Source: Octopus sinensis
Taxonomy: Eukaryota
Direction: 5' to 3'
Length of the DNA: 64,000 nt
NCBI RefSeq assembly: GCF_006345805.1
Contig: NC_043011.1
Location: 39,134,464-39,198,463, forward strand
Shown here: one piece after another, positions 25,320 through 39,110 of the stretch
Position numbering within the stretch: the first letter of the stretch is position 1
Layout of the letters: every line of letters begins with the position of its first letter
Translations under genes and position numbers: made by a program
Notes under the pieces: model-generated
Told to the model about the DNA's origin: nothing
The model's input: the letters and a program-made list of their open reading frames with translations, nothing else
The model's database searches: none

Positions 25320-26235
25320 ACAGGCTTGTACCTTTCAGGTGCTGGTGCCACTTAAAAAGCACCTGTGCTGGTGCTACATTAACACACCTATGCCAGTACT
25401 GTGCAAGTATACCCATGCTGGTGGTATGCAAAAAGCACCTGACACATTCTGTAAAGTGGTTGGTATTAGGAAGGGCATCCAGCTGTAGAAACCTTCCCAA
25501 AATAAAGAGTCTGGACAACTCCCTGCTAGCCTGCTCCATGTCGAACTGGCCAACCCATGCCAGCATAGAAAGCGGACATTAAGTGATGACGATTCACATA
25601 ATGCCGATACAAGGCAACACAAACATACTCTCGCTCACATACATACACACTTACAGCCATGTTGTGCTGGTGGCACATAAAAAGCACCCATTACACTCTT
25701 GAAGTGGTAGGCATTAGGAAGGGCATCCAGCAATAGAAACCCTGCCAAATCAGACTGGAATCCGATGCAGCTCTTGGGCTTATGAGTTCCATTCTAACTA
25801 TCCAATCCATGCCAGCATGGAAAGTGGACGTTAAATGATGATCATGATGATTTACATACATACATCATCATTGTTTAACGTCCGCTTTCCATGCTAGCAT
25901 GGGTTGGACGACTTGACTGTGGTCTGGCGAACCAGATGGCTGCACCAGGCTCCAATCAGATCTGGCAGAGTTTCTACAGCTGGATGCCCTTCCTAACGCC
26001 AACCACTCCGAGAGTGTAGTGGGTGATTTTACATGCCACTGGCACAAGGGTCAGTCAGGCAGTACTGGCAATGGCCACGCTCAAATGGTGCTTTTTATGT
26101 GCCACCTGCACAGGAGCTAGTCCAGCGGCACTGGCAATGACCTCACTCGAATGTTTTTTCATGTGCCACCAGCACAAGTGCCAGTAAGGCGACACAGATA
26201 ACGATCACGCTTGAATGGTGCTTTTTACGTGCCAA
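25320..26235. mobile_element. Cluster of three family C (RTE 3' tail) copies, two plus and one minus
   Basis: Repeated GGAAGGGCATCCAGC / GCTGGATGCCCTTCC motifs and GTGCCAC subunits. Confidence 0.8.
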
Positions 26236-28266
26236 CACACACATACACACATTTGTATATAGACACAGCTATATATGATAGCTCGCTGTTACTTTCCATG
26301 TTAAATCCACTCAGAAGGCTTTGGTGGGCCTCTGGGTACACTGAAAAGGTGCTACGCAGTTGATATTGAACCTGAAACCGTGTGGCTAGGAAACAAACTT
26401 CTTAACCATACGGCCACATCAAATCATACCAGCATAGAACACTGCTGTTAAATGATGATGTTGATGTGATGATTAAGTCTTGGATTGACCCAGGGGTATT
26501 AGGGAACATATTTTGCTTTAGATGTCACACGGTTTGGGATTGAACCCGGTAATATAGGATTACAAAATGAGCATCGTAATTGTATGGCAATACGTCTTTG
26601 CTCATCTTTTCAGACTTCCCTTTCATTTCCTTTTTGTTTCTCTCGTCTCTTATTCCTCTCAAACCATCTCGATTTCTTTTATTCATCTGCACATTTCCTC
26701 TTCATTTGTCTTTCTCGGCACTTTCTCTCTTTTCTTCCGCTCGTAGTTTCAGGCTGTAGGAGAACTTAATGAGCCGCTATTTGCATTCAAAGAGACACAT
26801 CGGAACGTTGTGAAGAATCTCATCAAGCGTCACTTGCTTGTTTACTCGTTCGCTAACTCGCTCGCTCACTTAATTCTTCTACTTCTTACCTCCAAACGAG
26901 TTGTCATTCATTGCAGATCATTAACGCAGAGCGAGAGCCATTCCGTACAAGCAATCAACAGCATAAGCTTTCATGATTAATTCACAGCACACATCCAAAG
27001 CAAATGTCCTACAGGGCTGCTATCTTTATAATCGATGTTTATCCCCCCGAAATTTCTGATTATCTACAGGAAAGGTTTTTCTTGGAGATGGGTGGAGGAA
27101 AAGAGAGAAAGAGAAAGCATTCCATATTCTTGGTTTCGTTTCCTCTTTGTTTATCTCTTTATTTGTGCTTTGTTTATTATTTTCGTAATAAATCCGTGAT
27201 AGATTAAAACGATCAGTTGGTCCAGCTCATAGCATGTTTTTCTTGGACATCAAATACATCATAATGCTAATGATAGTTATTATAATAACAGTGACAAACG
27301 TAGACAGCGGTGGTGACATGCAGATGGTGGTGGTGGTGGCGGCAGTGATAGCGGCGGTGATGGTGGTAGTGAGGTGAGGTGGTGGCTTTAAAAATTTCTA
27401 AGTTGTGGTTTGTAAAATGTAAAACTAATACAAATCAATCGCGTCTTGTTTAAACTCTGCTAATCAATAAAAATTGATACCCTGTTGTTAATTTTCATTC
27501 TCTTTGCCTGCTCACACTCACACACTCTCCTTCTCTCTTTCTCTGTCCGTCTGTCACTTTCTCTCTCTTTCTGTCCGCTCCCCGTCTTCTTCCCTCTCTC
27601 TCTTCATCGCTCTATTATTCTCCATTCTTTCAACATAATCATGACCGAAGGATGAGCAATTATTGAACACTTTATAATTTGGAAACTTACCAAAGATATG
27701 CTGGTCTTTCATGCTTGCATCCTTCTATCTATTGGTCTGTCAGTTTGTCTTTCTCTCCCCATCCTTGTCCACCTCCTCCCTTCATCGTACTATCGTCATC
27801 ATCACCATCGTATTTTATCTATTTTCTTTATTATTATTATTATTATTATTATTATTGTTTCTTCTGTTCATCTGCCCCCCCCCCCCTTACTCTCTTGTTT
27901 ATGTCTTCTGAGAAATTAGAAATTCTCTTTCTCTTCGTTTCCATTCACGTTGCTTTTCCTCTTTGTTCATATTCTTCAGGGTTCCACTTCCTTTGCATTC
28001 AATTCTTTGTTTTCTTACGTATCTCTAATGTCGTCATCGCCCTTCATGTCTGTGGCGGTGGTCGCGGCAGTAATTCCACTAATTGCAGAAAGTTTGATCT
28101 TTCAGAAGAGAAGAATTTTTCTTTCACTTTCAGCGTGAAGTTCCATTATGAAAGCATCATTTGTCTCCATATTTGTTTCACACACACACACACACAAATA
28201 CATATAGACATAAATACATACCATATATGTATATGATATGCCTATACACACACATGTATATATGTA

Positions 28267-28314
<48 letters not shown>

Positions 28315-28531
28315 TACATGCAAAGATACACAAACACATGTACAGATGTACTCCTACATTCATACATGAATATATATATATATGCACCCATGTGTATATA
28401 TATGGTTATATATTGTACACTATATAGCCTCTAGTTAAGGAGCATGCTAATAAAAAAATACATGCTCTTGATTTGCAGAAATGGCCTATTTATGTTATTT
28501 ATTTACAATAATGCATTATATACATGTATAC

Positions 28532-28593
<62 letters not shown>

Positions 28594-28623
28594 ATTTGTG
28601 TGTATGTATGTATATATATATAT

Positions 28624-29012
28624 AGGTACAGGAGTGGCTGTGTAGTAAGTAGCTTGCTTTGCAACCACATGGCTCTGGGTTCAGTCCCACTGCGTGGCAC
28701 CTTGGGCAAGTGTTTTCTACTATAGCCTGGGGTCAACCAAAGGCTTGTGAGTGGATTTGGTAGACAGTAACTCAAAGAAGCCCATTATGCATATATATAT
28801 ATATATATATGTTGTTGTGTGTGTGTGTGTCTATGTTTGTCTCCCACCATTGCTTGGCACCCGATGCTGGTGTGTTTACATCCCCTATAACTTAGCGGTT
28901 CAGCAAAAGAGACCGATAGAATAAGTAGTAGGTTTACAGAGAATAAGTCCTCGAATTGATTTCTTTGACGAAAGACAGTGCTCCAGCATGGCCGCACTCA
29001 AATGACAAACAA
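28624..29012 (+). mobile_element. SINE family A, full length
   Basis: AGGAGTGGCTGTGTAGTAAG head through GTGCTCCAGCATGGCCGCACTCAAATGAC tail. Confidence 0.9.
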
Positions 29013-29299
29013 ATGGAAGATACACCAAGATACCACTGCGTGGTATCTTTTAGCAAATGGATATTGTACATGGTCAATGACAGTGTCGTGTAACTGGCAC
29101 CTGTGCCGGTGGTGTGTAAAAAGCACCCTTCAAACTTTGGGCCTCACAGAGGCAGTGACAACTGACAGAGACCTTTGGTAATGTACTGTGCTTGTCAAGG
29201 TGGCATTAGCGCGCCAGGCAAAATGCTCAATGGTATTTCGTCTCTCTTTACATCCTGAGTTCAAATTGCACCAAGGTCAACTTTGCCTTTCAGAATATT

Positions 29300-29847
29300 C
29301 ACCGAAAAAAAAGTTAGTGGTGTTTGTTTGGTGGTCCAGCACTGGTGTCCTTCATTTCATGAGACCCAGTAAGTCAATTACAATGAATGTATACATCAAT
29401 TGGATAAAATGATGTGTGAACTTGCAATTAAACAATCGAGATTGGTCAATAGAGACAGGCCAATTCTCTTGCAAGACAATGCTCGACCACATGTTGCACA
29501 AAGAATGCTGCTCATGTTACAGGAACTGAACTTGGAAGTACTCTTTCATCCTCCATATTCACTTGAGCTTGCACCAACTGACTATCAGGTTTTCTGGGCA
29601 TTAGACAACTTTTTGCAAGCGAAAAATTTCAAACCTGAAGAAGATGCAAAACAGCCTTTTGTGATTTCATCATCTATTACTCTCCAGAATACTTCACTGC
29701 TGACATAAATAAGCTACCGATAAAATGGCAAAATTGTATTGATAATTTAGATGCATTACTTTGATTAACTGCATTGCTTTTTGTTGAAATAAAATAAAAT
29801 AAACTTTCAGTTCAAAAATCAGGCATTTCATTCTTAATGACCTGATA
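29300..29847 (+). pseudogene. Mariner transposase C-terminal relic with right TIR
   Basis: KKLVVFVWWSSTGVLHF and LLQDNARPHVA...HPPYSLELAPTDY (DNARPH and YSPDLAPSD-type DD34D motifs), frameshifted; ends ...CTTAATGACCTGATA then TA. Confidence 0.9.
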
Positions 29848-31121
29848 TATTTACATCAATCCTTTAAAAAAAAAAAAAAAAGTTTCATTTATGTATGTTT
29901 CTGTTTTGTAACATTCGCAATCTAACAATTAGACACTAATAAAAATAAATTAGATATCATTAACCGAACTTCCTAGAAAACCTTCAAAGCTGAGTTGGTA
30001 ATCGTTCATCATACTCAAGTTTTCTCCTACTCTGTTTCTTGTGTACTCTTGGTATATTTGTTTTTGTCTCAAGCATGGTTGTGTGCTAAGTAGGTTTCTT
30101 CCTATATGTATGGTTTCAGGTTTAGCTCCACTGTGTGGCACCTTGGCCAAATGTCTTCTACTTAGCCCTGGGCTGACCAGAACCTCTGAGTGAATTTGAT
30201 GGACAGAAACTGACAGAAGCCCATTGTGTGTGTGTGTGTGTGTCTGTGTCTGTGTGTGTGTTTGTGTCTTCTTGCTTTGGCATCATGTGGCTGTTATAAA
30301 TGAATGTCATTCATTTCCAATATCCTGCCCAAACATGTCTGACCAGAGGGAAATATTACCTTCCGTTGACAGAAATAAAGTTTGGCAAGAAAGAAAAGAG
30401 AAAAAAAAAAACCCAACCACAGAAACTAAAATCTTTCTTAATAAGTATTCATCTGACCCATGCAGGCAAGGAAAAGTGGACATTAAAATGACGATGATTT
30501 ATTCTCCATTTTCTTCTGACAATAGAAGCTGTGCTTGTTGAGATGTTTGCTTAATGAATGAGCTGAAGGTTAATTTACTTGCGTTAGCTGTTAACTTTTT
30601 AACTGGGTTATTATTTTTTTTTCCGTCATTGTACATACACAATCTCATTATTAATTAAGGGAAGAAAGAAGGATGGCTTGATTGGATTGAATTAACTGCA
30701 AATTTGCATAGGATTGTTTAAATAATTAATGTGTAATATATGCGCAAATTAAACCATGTTTCAGGTGATCATGTCAGTGTAAGCAAACTGTAATAAAAAA
30801 AAAAATATATCATTATCATACTGGTATTGTGGAATTTCATCCACCTTGGCAGTAATTCAGTTAGTGAATGAGTCTGTAAGGGTCTCGCAATATGGTTGGC
30901 CAACTTGCTAGAAATAGCAACCAAATAGTCTTTATTAGATGCTGTCACTTTAAAGTAGAGGAGGAATGCAGTTTGTAATGTGGACCTACATACATTATGG
31001 TTTGAAAAAGAAAGTAATGATTTGGTTGTTACAGTTGGAATGTTAAAGAATTGTTGAATATATTCCTGGGTCATTTGTCTGTTGATGTCTCACACATCTG
31101 ACCAATTCATATATATATATT

Positions 31122-31292
31122 ATGGAGATGTGCTTGCATAGCAAGTGACTTGATCTGAGATCACGTGCTGGAACGAAAACAATTGCAGCGTGGAAGGTGT
31201 TTATAAGCCATTAAGAAACACACAAAAACCATTAGATTCACTTCAACATTGAAATTTAATTTGCCAAAATATTTTTGTTGCTTTGAGACCGC
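31122..31292 (-). mobile_element. Longer copy of the repeat at 11375
   Basis: ATGGAGATGT.CTTGCATAGCAAGTGACTTGATCTGAGATC...GGAAGGTGTTTATAAGCCATT shared with 11375-11469. Confidence 0.75.
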
Positions 31293-32989
31293 TACAATAT
31301 ATATATATGTGTGTGTGTGTGTGTAACTACACACACACACATACATACATATATATATAATTGTATACACACACAATAATTATATACACATATAATTGTA
31401 TACATGCACATAATCATCATCATTGTTTAACCTTTTACCATTTAAAGAGGCCATAGCAGGCCTAAATCCTAAATTTTCTTCTTGTTTTATGCTCAAACTG
31501 GCTAGATCCAGCATCTCATGGGTATATAGTATTGAAAGAGATGAAAATATAAGGGGACAGGAACAGGTGTCTTGCTGTGGAAAATACATAAATTCTCAAA
31601 CTTGGAGAGAGAAAGAGATAGATAGTGAGGGCATTCTCTAAAGGTACAAGGTGAACATGAGAAAGCGAGAATAGGGATGGAAGATTAGCAAGGTGTGGTG
31701 GGTTGGTAAGTTCTTGAAAGTGTGACAGAAGTGTGACTGATGATTAGAGATGGGGGATCGGTGCAGCCATCTGTGATGTCCAGCTATCACACCCTGGATG
31801 TGTCCCTGCATCAAGGATGAAGGAGATAAGAAAATGTCTAGATGTGTGTGTGTGACCATTTAAGCACCTGAAACAATGAGTAAAAGTGTTACGCAACCAT
31901 ACTTGCTCACAAACGATGGCTGGTTGTACTTTGTAAATATCGATCATCTAAAGAGATCAATGACTGAACCAAATGAAAGAATACAGGCTAGACATAAAGC
32001 ACAAAAGACAAAGAATAAATGTTCAAAAGTATTCGTTATTGTAACATTTTTCCATCACCCTAATTATAAAATGTCTAGTCTAGATTTTCAGATTTGGTGG
32101 GTTTTACGACTGTGATTCCAGACACAGATGCGTCGTGCTTTTTCAAAGTTGTATCCAATCTAAACGTTATGTTTGTTTGCTTTCTCATGATAAAGCCAAA
32201 CGCAAATCGCACAGAAGTGACCTCTTGCCAATCTGCTTGCTATTCTTTAGAAATACATATGTTGTAAGTTTTCCAATTCATTAAGCAAACAAACAATAAA
32301 TTAATTGATTTGATCTGGTTTGATTTGATTTGATTGATTATTAAACTATGCTTAATTCAAAAGAGAGGACATTTCTATACTATTTATTGAATGTAAACAA
32401 ATACGAAGCCGAAAGGAGACCTCGAACAGATAGGATACAGTCGGAATGAACAAAAGCTACGAAAAGAGCACCGTTTAAATTAAATTTCCTTTGTCATGGG
32501 CCAGACTAACTGTTGTCTGGTTTCTTTTTTCCTTTTTTATGTCTTTTTGAAATTTGCAATTGTGTTAGTAGTCATCGCTTTTCAACCTTCATACCACGAC
32601 TGGACTTCGAAAACCACACCACACCTCATTCAGCAGAGTGACCCACTCTCCTCTTCGGCTTTGTGTCTCTTGTTCCAGATTCTGTTTTATTGGTTTTTTC
32701 CCATTTCTTGGACAGACACACATACACCGCTTGCTCAATGCTGCAGAACTGAATTTAGCTTACATTTGATCTCAGTTGTGATGTGTGAAAGTTCATCTCC
32801 GCTCGATTGTTTACCTCAGTAGCCCGACACAAGAAATGAAAGCAAAAGAGTGTGTACAAGAGGGAAGGAGAGAGAGAGAGAGAGAGAGAGAGATGTAGGC
32901 AGATATCTTCTATGACTCCCTCCTCTTCCTTTATGTTTCCTCTTTAGCATCTTCTTCAGTTGCTGCTATTTTTTTGTCAAGTAATATTT

Positions 32990-33149
32990 GTTACATTGTC
33001 AGCTCTATATGTTCTGGGTTCATATCTTGCTGTGGCCAATTTTGTCTCTCATCCTTTTGAGGTCAACAAAGTAGTATACCGAGGTCAATGGTTTTAACTA
33101 ACGCTGTCTCCTTAAACTTGTTGGCCTTGTGCCTAAATTAGAAACCATG

Positions 33150-33188
<39 letters not shown>

Positions 33189-33900
33189 GTTATTATTCAA
33201 ATTTCTCCAAGGTTGACTTTGCCTTTCATCTTCTGAAGGTTTATAAAATAAGTACCAGCTGAGTACTGAGGTCGATGTAATCAAATTTTCCCCTCCTCCG
33301 AAATTGGTGGCCTTGTGCTAAAATTTGAAACCATTATCTTTATTATTATTACTATTATTATTATTATTAAGGTGGCAAAGTGGCAGGACTGTTAGCATGC
33401 CAAACTAAATGCTTTGTTGCATTTCGTCTGCCTATACATCCTGAGTTTAGATTCTGCCAAGATTTTCTTTGCCTTTTATCATTTCAGGGTTGATCAAATT
33501 TGTACCTCTTCAGCACTGGGGTCAATGTACTTGAACAGACGCCCCCCCCCCCACTCAACCACCACCACAAAAAAAAAAGGCCTTTTTCCTGTAGTAGAAA
33601 TCATTAAGATGGCAAGCTAGCAGAATCATTAGCATGCTTAGACAGAAAGCTTAGCAGTGTTTCTTCCAGTTCTTTACATTGAGTTACATTGAGTTCAAAC
33701 TCTATCAAGGTTGATTTTGCCTTTCATTCTCCCAGGGTGAATTTAATAATTGCCAGTCAAGCACTGGAGTTGACGCAATTGACTATCTTCCACTGAAATT
33801 TCAGGCCATGTTCCTTCAGTAGAAAAGATTATCAATCCAGCTCTTTACATGTTGAATTAAAATCTCTCTGAGGTCGTCTTTGCCTACCCTTTTTTGTAGA
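32990..33900 (+). mobile_element. Head-to-tail array of about five family B SINE copies
   Basis: Repeated GACTTTGCCTTTCATC...GGTCGATGTAAT...GGCCTTGTGCC units with (ATT)n spacers. Confidence 0.8.
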
Positions 33901-35181
33901 AGTGATGAAATAAGTAACTGAGGCACCCTGGAGGGGCTGATGATAAATACCTTATTTTATAAAACAGAGTTTGTGTAGTATTCAACAAAGTATCTTGAGG
34001 TGATTATTTATGTCTCAGAGCTTGATTTTGCTTTTTGTCCTTTAGGGTGCGATAAGATAAACTATACATGAAGCTTTGGTCAGTATGAGGCTTTAGTAAA
34101 AGAAGCTTGCTCAGGGTGCTACGCAGTGTGACTGAACTCAAAACCATGTGGGTGGGGAGCAAACTTCTTACCACATTGCTACGCATGTACCTATGCCATA
34201 CAGCCATGTCTGTAAGCTTTGCTGAAGAGATTTAATGAGGCTGAAAGGTTCACTTTCATCTCACAGGATTGGTATTCTTGGAATTATTCCCATTTTCTTG
34301 CATTTATTGTTCTTTTTGAGCATATATTGTCCCAGAGGGACGTTTTATCTACTAAATGCAAGGATACTGTTAGTTATTCAGTTTTCAACTTTTTTTTTTG
34401 TTTAACCTCGTACATGCATGTGCACTCAAAATTATAAAGTGCAGTGAGTACATTTATTGAAGTAGAGCACGGAAAAAGAAAGTACCAGTATTATGCTGCA
34501 CAGAGTTTCCTCTCTCGTGATCTTCAGGCAAATTGCATGTGAAAGTTATAGATTTGGATTAAAAAAAACAAGAAAACTAAAAAACTAAAAATAATAATAA
34601 TAATAATGATAATAATAATAATAATAATAATAGTAGTAGTAACAAAAATGATGATGATGATTATGGTTGAAGTCGTATGACTATAAAATGAAGAACATGA
34701 TAGAGGAAATGTGGAACAGCAATGGATTTTATACGCATTTACTTATAAACATGATTGTTCACATATACACTTGAATATATACACAGAGACACAGAAGCAT
34801 ATACACACATGCTCTCATTGCTGTGCTGTACACATGTGTGTATTCACATGCTTTTGCTCACATATACCCATGTATTTACAAAAGCACACACACACACATG
34901 CATACACACATGCATGTGGTCTCATTATTGTTCATACATGCATTTGCTTAGGCCTGTGCATATATTTGCATAATCATATGGTTGCATGCATGCATATTTG
35001 GATAGAGACATGCATGCAGGTGTACGTTCACACATAGTGTATGGTTACACACATGCACACTTTGACGCATTTATACTCATGTACACACATGCACGTACAA
35101 ACGCATAACCGTCTTATGCGTATATTCACAACATAACCACGTCTGCATTCACAAAGATACACACACACACACACATACATC

Positions 35182-35224
<43 letters not shown>

Positions 35225-35309
35225 TCATGTAATCACTTATGCATCTAATGTTAACAATAAAGTGCATCTATATTCACATTGCCAAATATGGATATCTATA
35301 TCCTTTATA

Positions 35310-35870
35310 CCTGATTTGTTTCAGCCATTAGACCGTCGTCATGCTGGAGCACCGTCAGTTAAACGAATAAGCCTGATACTTATTCTGTCGGTTTCTTTTG
35401 CCGAACAGCTATGTTACAGGAGTGTAAACAAAGCAACACTACTTGTCGTCAAGTGGTGGTGGGAGATGAACACAACCACACACACACTCGACGGGCTTCT
35501 TTCAATTACCATCTATCCAATCCACTCACAAGCCTGGGGCTAGACTAGAAGGCACCTGTCTAAAGTGCCTTGCTTTGGGACTGAGCCCATAACCATGTGG
35601 TTCAGAAACAAACTTCTTGCTACACAGCTGAATGAACACATGCACACTCCCACCCACATACATTTATATTCTTTGATTCTTTTAAGCCATTTGACTGTGG
35701 CCATGCTGGTGCATCGCCTTTAGTTGAACAGATCGATCCTAGGAGATATTCTTTGTAAGCCTAGTACTTATTCTGTCGGATGCTTTTGCTGAACCACTAG
35801 GTTATGGGAACATAAACACACCAACATCGGTTGTCAAGCGATGGTGGGGGGACAAACGCAGACACACACA
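35310..35870 (-). mobile_element. Two SINE family A copies
   Basis: Family A tail and head motifs; the second copy is 5'-truncated. Confidence 0.7.
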
Positions 35871-36689
35871 CTCTCGTATATATTTTTAGCAGGTTTTTAG
35901 CCCACTAATTTAATATAAAGTTCAGTCATCCTCCGATTGCTGTTAAAATCAGTCCAGTGAGAAACAACAACAACAACAACTCGAGTGAGATTTGTGAAGA
36001 CTTCATGTACATGAGGGATTTATTCCGATTCGGGATGAGAGCAGTTACACAGCTTGAACATTTACATTCAATAGAACGGAATGGAATTTGAACGAGGAAA
36101 TGTTTACGTCTTGCTGCATTCCATGGATGGTGAAAGAGGATTTAAGAAAATTTCAATCAATGAGAAGTTGTCTTGTAGCAGGAACAGAGAGGGAGAAACC
36201 GTGGCTAATTGCAGGTAGTGTGTGAGAGAAAGAGGATGTTACCTGTGTGTGTGTGTGCATGTCTTTTATAGCTATGTAACGAGCGCCACCTAGTTGCTAA
36301 CGATGTGACAGGGAAGATAACTAGATGACTCACATTAAAACATGACGGCACTGGATTCAGATAATGTTGCCTACATATTCCTTCACAAATGTGTGTGGGT
36401 GTGCACATCTCTGTACTCTTTGTGTGTGTATATTGCTTTATGTACACACACACACACGGCATGATGTCACATTTTCAATTTTGATAGGCACAGGCATGTT
36501 TATGTGGTCAAAAAGCATGCTTTCCAATCATGTGACCTTTTGTTCAGTTCCTCTGTACAGTACCATAGGTAATTGTTTTCTATTATAGCCACAGGTTGAC
36601 CAAAGCCTTGTGAGTGGATATAGTAGATGGAAACTAAAAGAAACCTATCATGTGTCCATATGTGTGTTTTTGTGTCCCCCAAAATTAAA

Positions 36690-37220
36690 ATCAAATTCGA
36701 TGACTGGCGTCCGTGCTAACGGGGTGCAAAGAGCACCATACGAGTGTGATCATTGACAGAGCGGCTAATCGGCTTCCGTGCCAGTGGCACTTAAAGGCAC
36801 CATCAAGTGTGATCGTTACCAGCATTGCCTTACTGGCACTTGAGCCCCATGCCAGTAGGGTATTAAGAGCACCATCCAAGCGTGATCGTTGCCAGAGCGG
36901 CTATCTGGCCTCTGTGCTGGTGGCACATAAAAGACACCATTTGAGCGTGATCGTTACCAGCATCGCCTTACTGTCACCTGTGCCGGTGGCATGCGTAAAA
37001 GATTCGAGCGAGGTCGTTGCCAGTACCACCTGACTGGCACCCACTACACTCTCGGAATGGTTGCCGTTGGGAAGGGCATCCAGCTGTAGAAACATGCCAG
37101 ATCAAGATTGAAGCCTGGTGCAGCCATCTGGTTCGCCAGCCCTCAGTCATTCATCCAACCCATGCTAGCATGGAAAGCGGACATTAAACGATGATGGTGA
37201 TGATGATGATGATGATGATG
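36690..37220 (+). mobile_element. Longest family C copy (RTE 3' tail) with internal ~60-bp modules
   Basis: About five modules of GCACC...GTGATCGTT.CCAG...CTGGC...GTGCC.GTGGCAC, then GGAAGGGCATCCAGC and a (GAT)n tail. Confidence 0.85.
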
Positions 37221-37687
37221 ATGTGGGGGTTTTTTTTGTGCATCCCAATAACTCGGCAGTTCTGCAAAAGTGACTGAGAGCACAAGTACCTAACTTAAAA
37301 GTAAATACAGGGGTTGATTTGTTTGACAAAAGCCTTCAGAGTCATTAGCCAGCATGGCCACCATCTAAAACAAGTAAATATAAAAGATATATATACACAC
37401 CTCAACACATGATCACATACACACACTTATATGCATACATATATACATGGGAAAAGAGATGTGCAACCAGTTTATCAAGCATAGAAGCTCTAAAACTCTG
37501 CGCTCTTTTATTTCCTTATTTTCCTCTTGCTATCATCTATAGCTTGGGGGAAGAATCCTGTTTGAAATTTTGGGCTTACCACTCGCCACAGCTATTTCAC
37601 CTTACTCTTTCTGTCACCTTTCCCAAATACAAGTTTCATCAGCACACTGCACCACTATTCTTTGGGTTTCTTGTTTTATTTTATAAA

Positions 37688-37737
<50 letters not shown>

Positions 37738-38619
37738 CATTTTTGTTCATGCGTGCACACCCAACCAACCCCACGCAAATATATATAGAGGGTGGAAGAC
37801 ATAAAAAAAAAATGAGTGTGAGATAGAGAGGAAGAGAGCACGAGAGAGATAGACAGGTGTGAGGTAGACTGATAGACAGATAGATAGATAAATTGGTGGA
37901 TTAACAAGAGAGAAGAGAGTGAATATATGAAACAGAAAGAGGGTGAGTCGAAGCTTGTGTGTGAAAAGAGTATATAGACAGAAAGAATTGAAATAGTGAG
38001 AAAAATAAATTGCAACTTAGATGATGTGAAAATTGCAGTGGTGGCAGTAGTTGTGTCGTTGGTGGTGATGGTGGGGGTGAAGATGTAGGTGCTTGAGACA
38101 GATCAATAGAATTATTGGTGAAGAATTTTTCTACCAAATTTTTTTTCAATACTTTTTTTATTTTCTTTGCCATCAATGAATGTCCTTAGCTTGTGAAAAT
38201 TGCAACATTTTTCAGTGTTGACAATATTTCATTTTCTTTTAATTATTTTTCTTTTTTCCTTTCTTTTTTTTTTTTTTATATATTTTCATTCATTTTTAAA
38301 GAAGTTGAATTATATAGACATTTAACTGCCAAATTTAACAAGGTGGGTTTTTCAGCTCTGCGCCACCAGTGACTCCATTGCTGCACCCGGCACCAATGCT
38401 GCTCTTTTTTTTTTTTTTTTTGAAATTTCCCCCCCTTAAGCACCCCTCCACCACACCCAAATACACAACAACCATGTCCGTAACATCGATAATTGATTCT
38501 TCGAAATGCACTACGGCTATTACCGATATATCAAATAATCTAATTGACGCATTCTACAACTGCTCGTTAAGAGGAAATGAACTTGATAAAAACCCCACCA
38601 ATTTTTATAGATTGGAGTG

Positions 38620-39110
38620 AGAAAGCTTGTGTGTGTGTGTGTGTGCATGTGTGCGTGCTTGTTGGGTTGTGTGTGATTGTGTGGTTGCATTGAGTATGGT
38701 TAGTGTATGTGTGTGTGGTTTATGCTTGTGTTTGGGTGTGTGTATGTGTATGTGGTGGTGTGTGAATGTATTGTTGGGTTGTGTGTGAGATTCTGTAAAG
38801 TGTGTGTGTGATTGTATGCATGTGTGTAGTTGTGTTTGTGTGCATGTAGCTGTGTGTGTGAGTGTGCATGTAGTTTGTGTGTGTGTGCATGTAGTTTGTG
38901 TGTGTGTGCATGTAGTTTGTGTGTGTGTGTGCATGTAGTTGTGTGTGTGTGTGTGTGAGCATGTAGTTGTGTGTATGTGAGCATGTAGTTGTGTGTGTCT
39001 GCATGTAATTGTGTATGTGTGTATAGTTGTATGTGTGTGCATGTCGTATATATATATATGTGTGTGTGTGTGTGCATGTATATATATGTGTGTAGTTGTG
39101 TGTTTATGTA
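38620..39110. repeat. Degenerate TG-rich minisatellite (TGCATGTAGTT(T)GTGTGTG units)
   Basis: Directly visible periodic units at about 38815-39010. Confidence 0.85.

Noticed and set aside
31261-31292. Possible truncated hammerhead (GC-GGTCTCAAA-GC...AAAA-ATATT) at the 5' end of the 31122 repeat
   Set aside because: The 5' core is missing and GAAA reads AAAA, so it cannot be supported from this copy. Worth rechecking on the family consensus.
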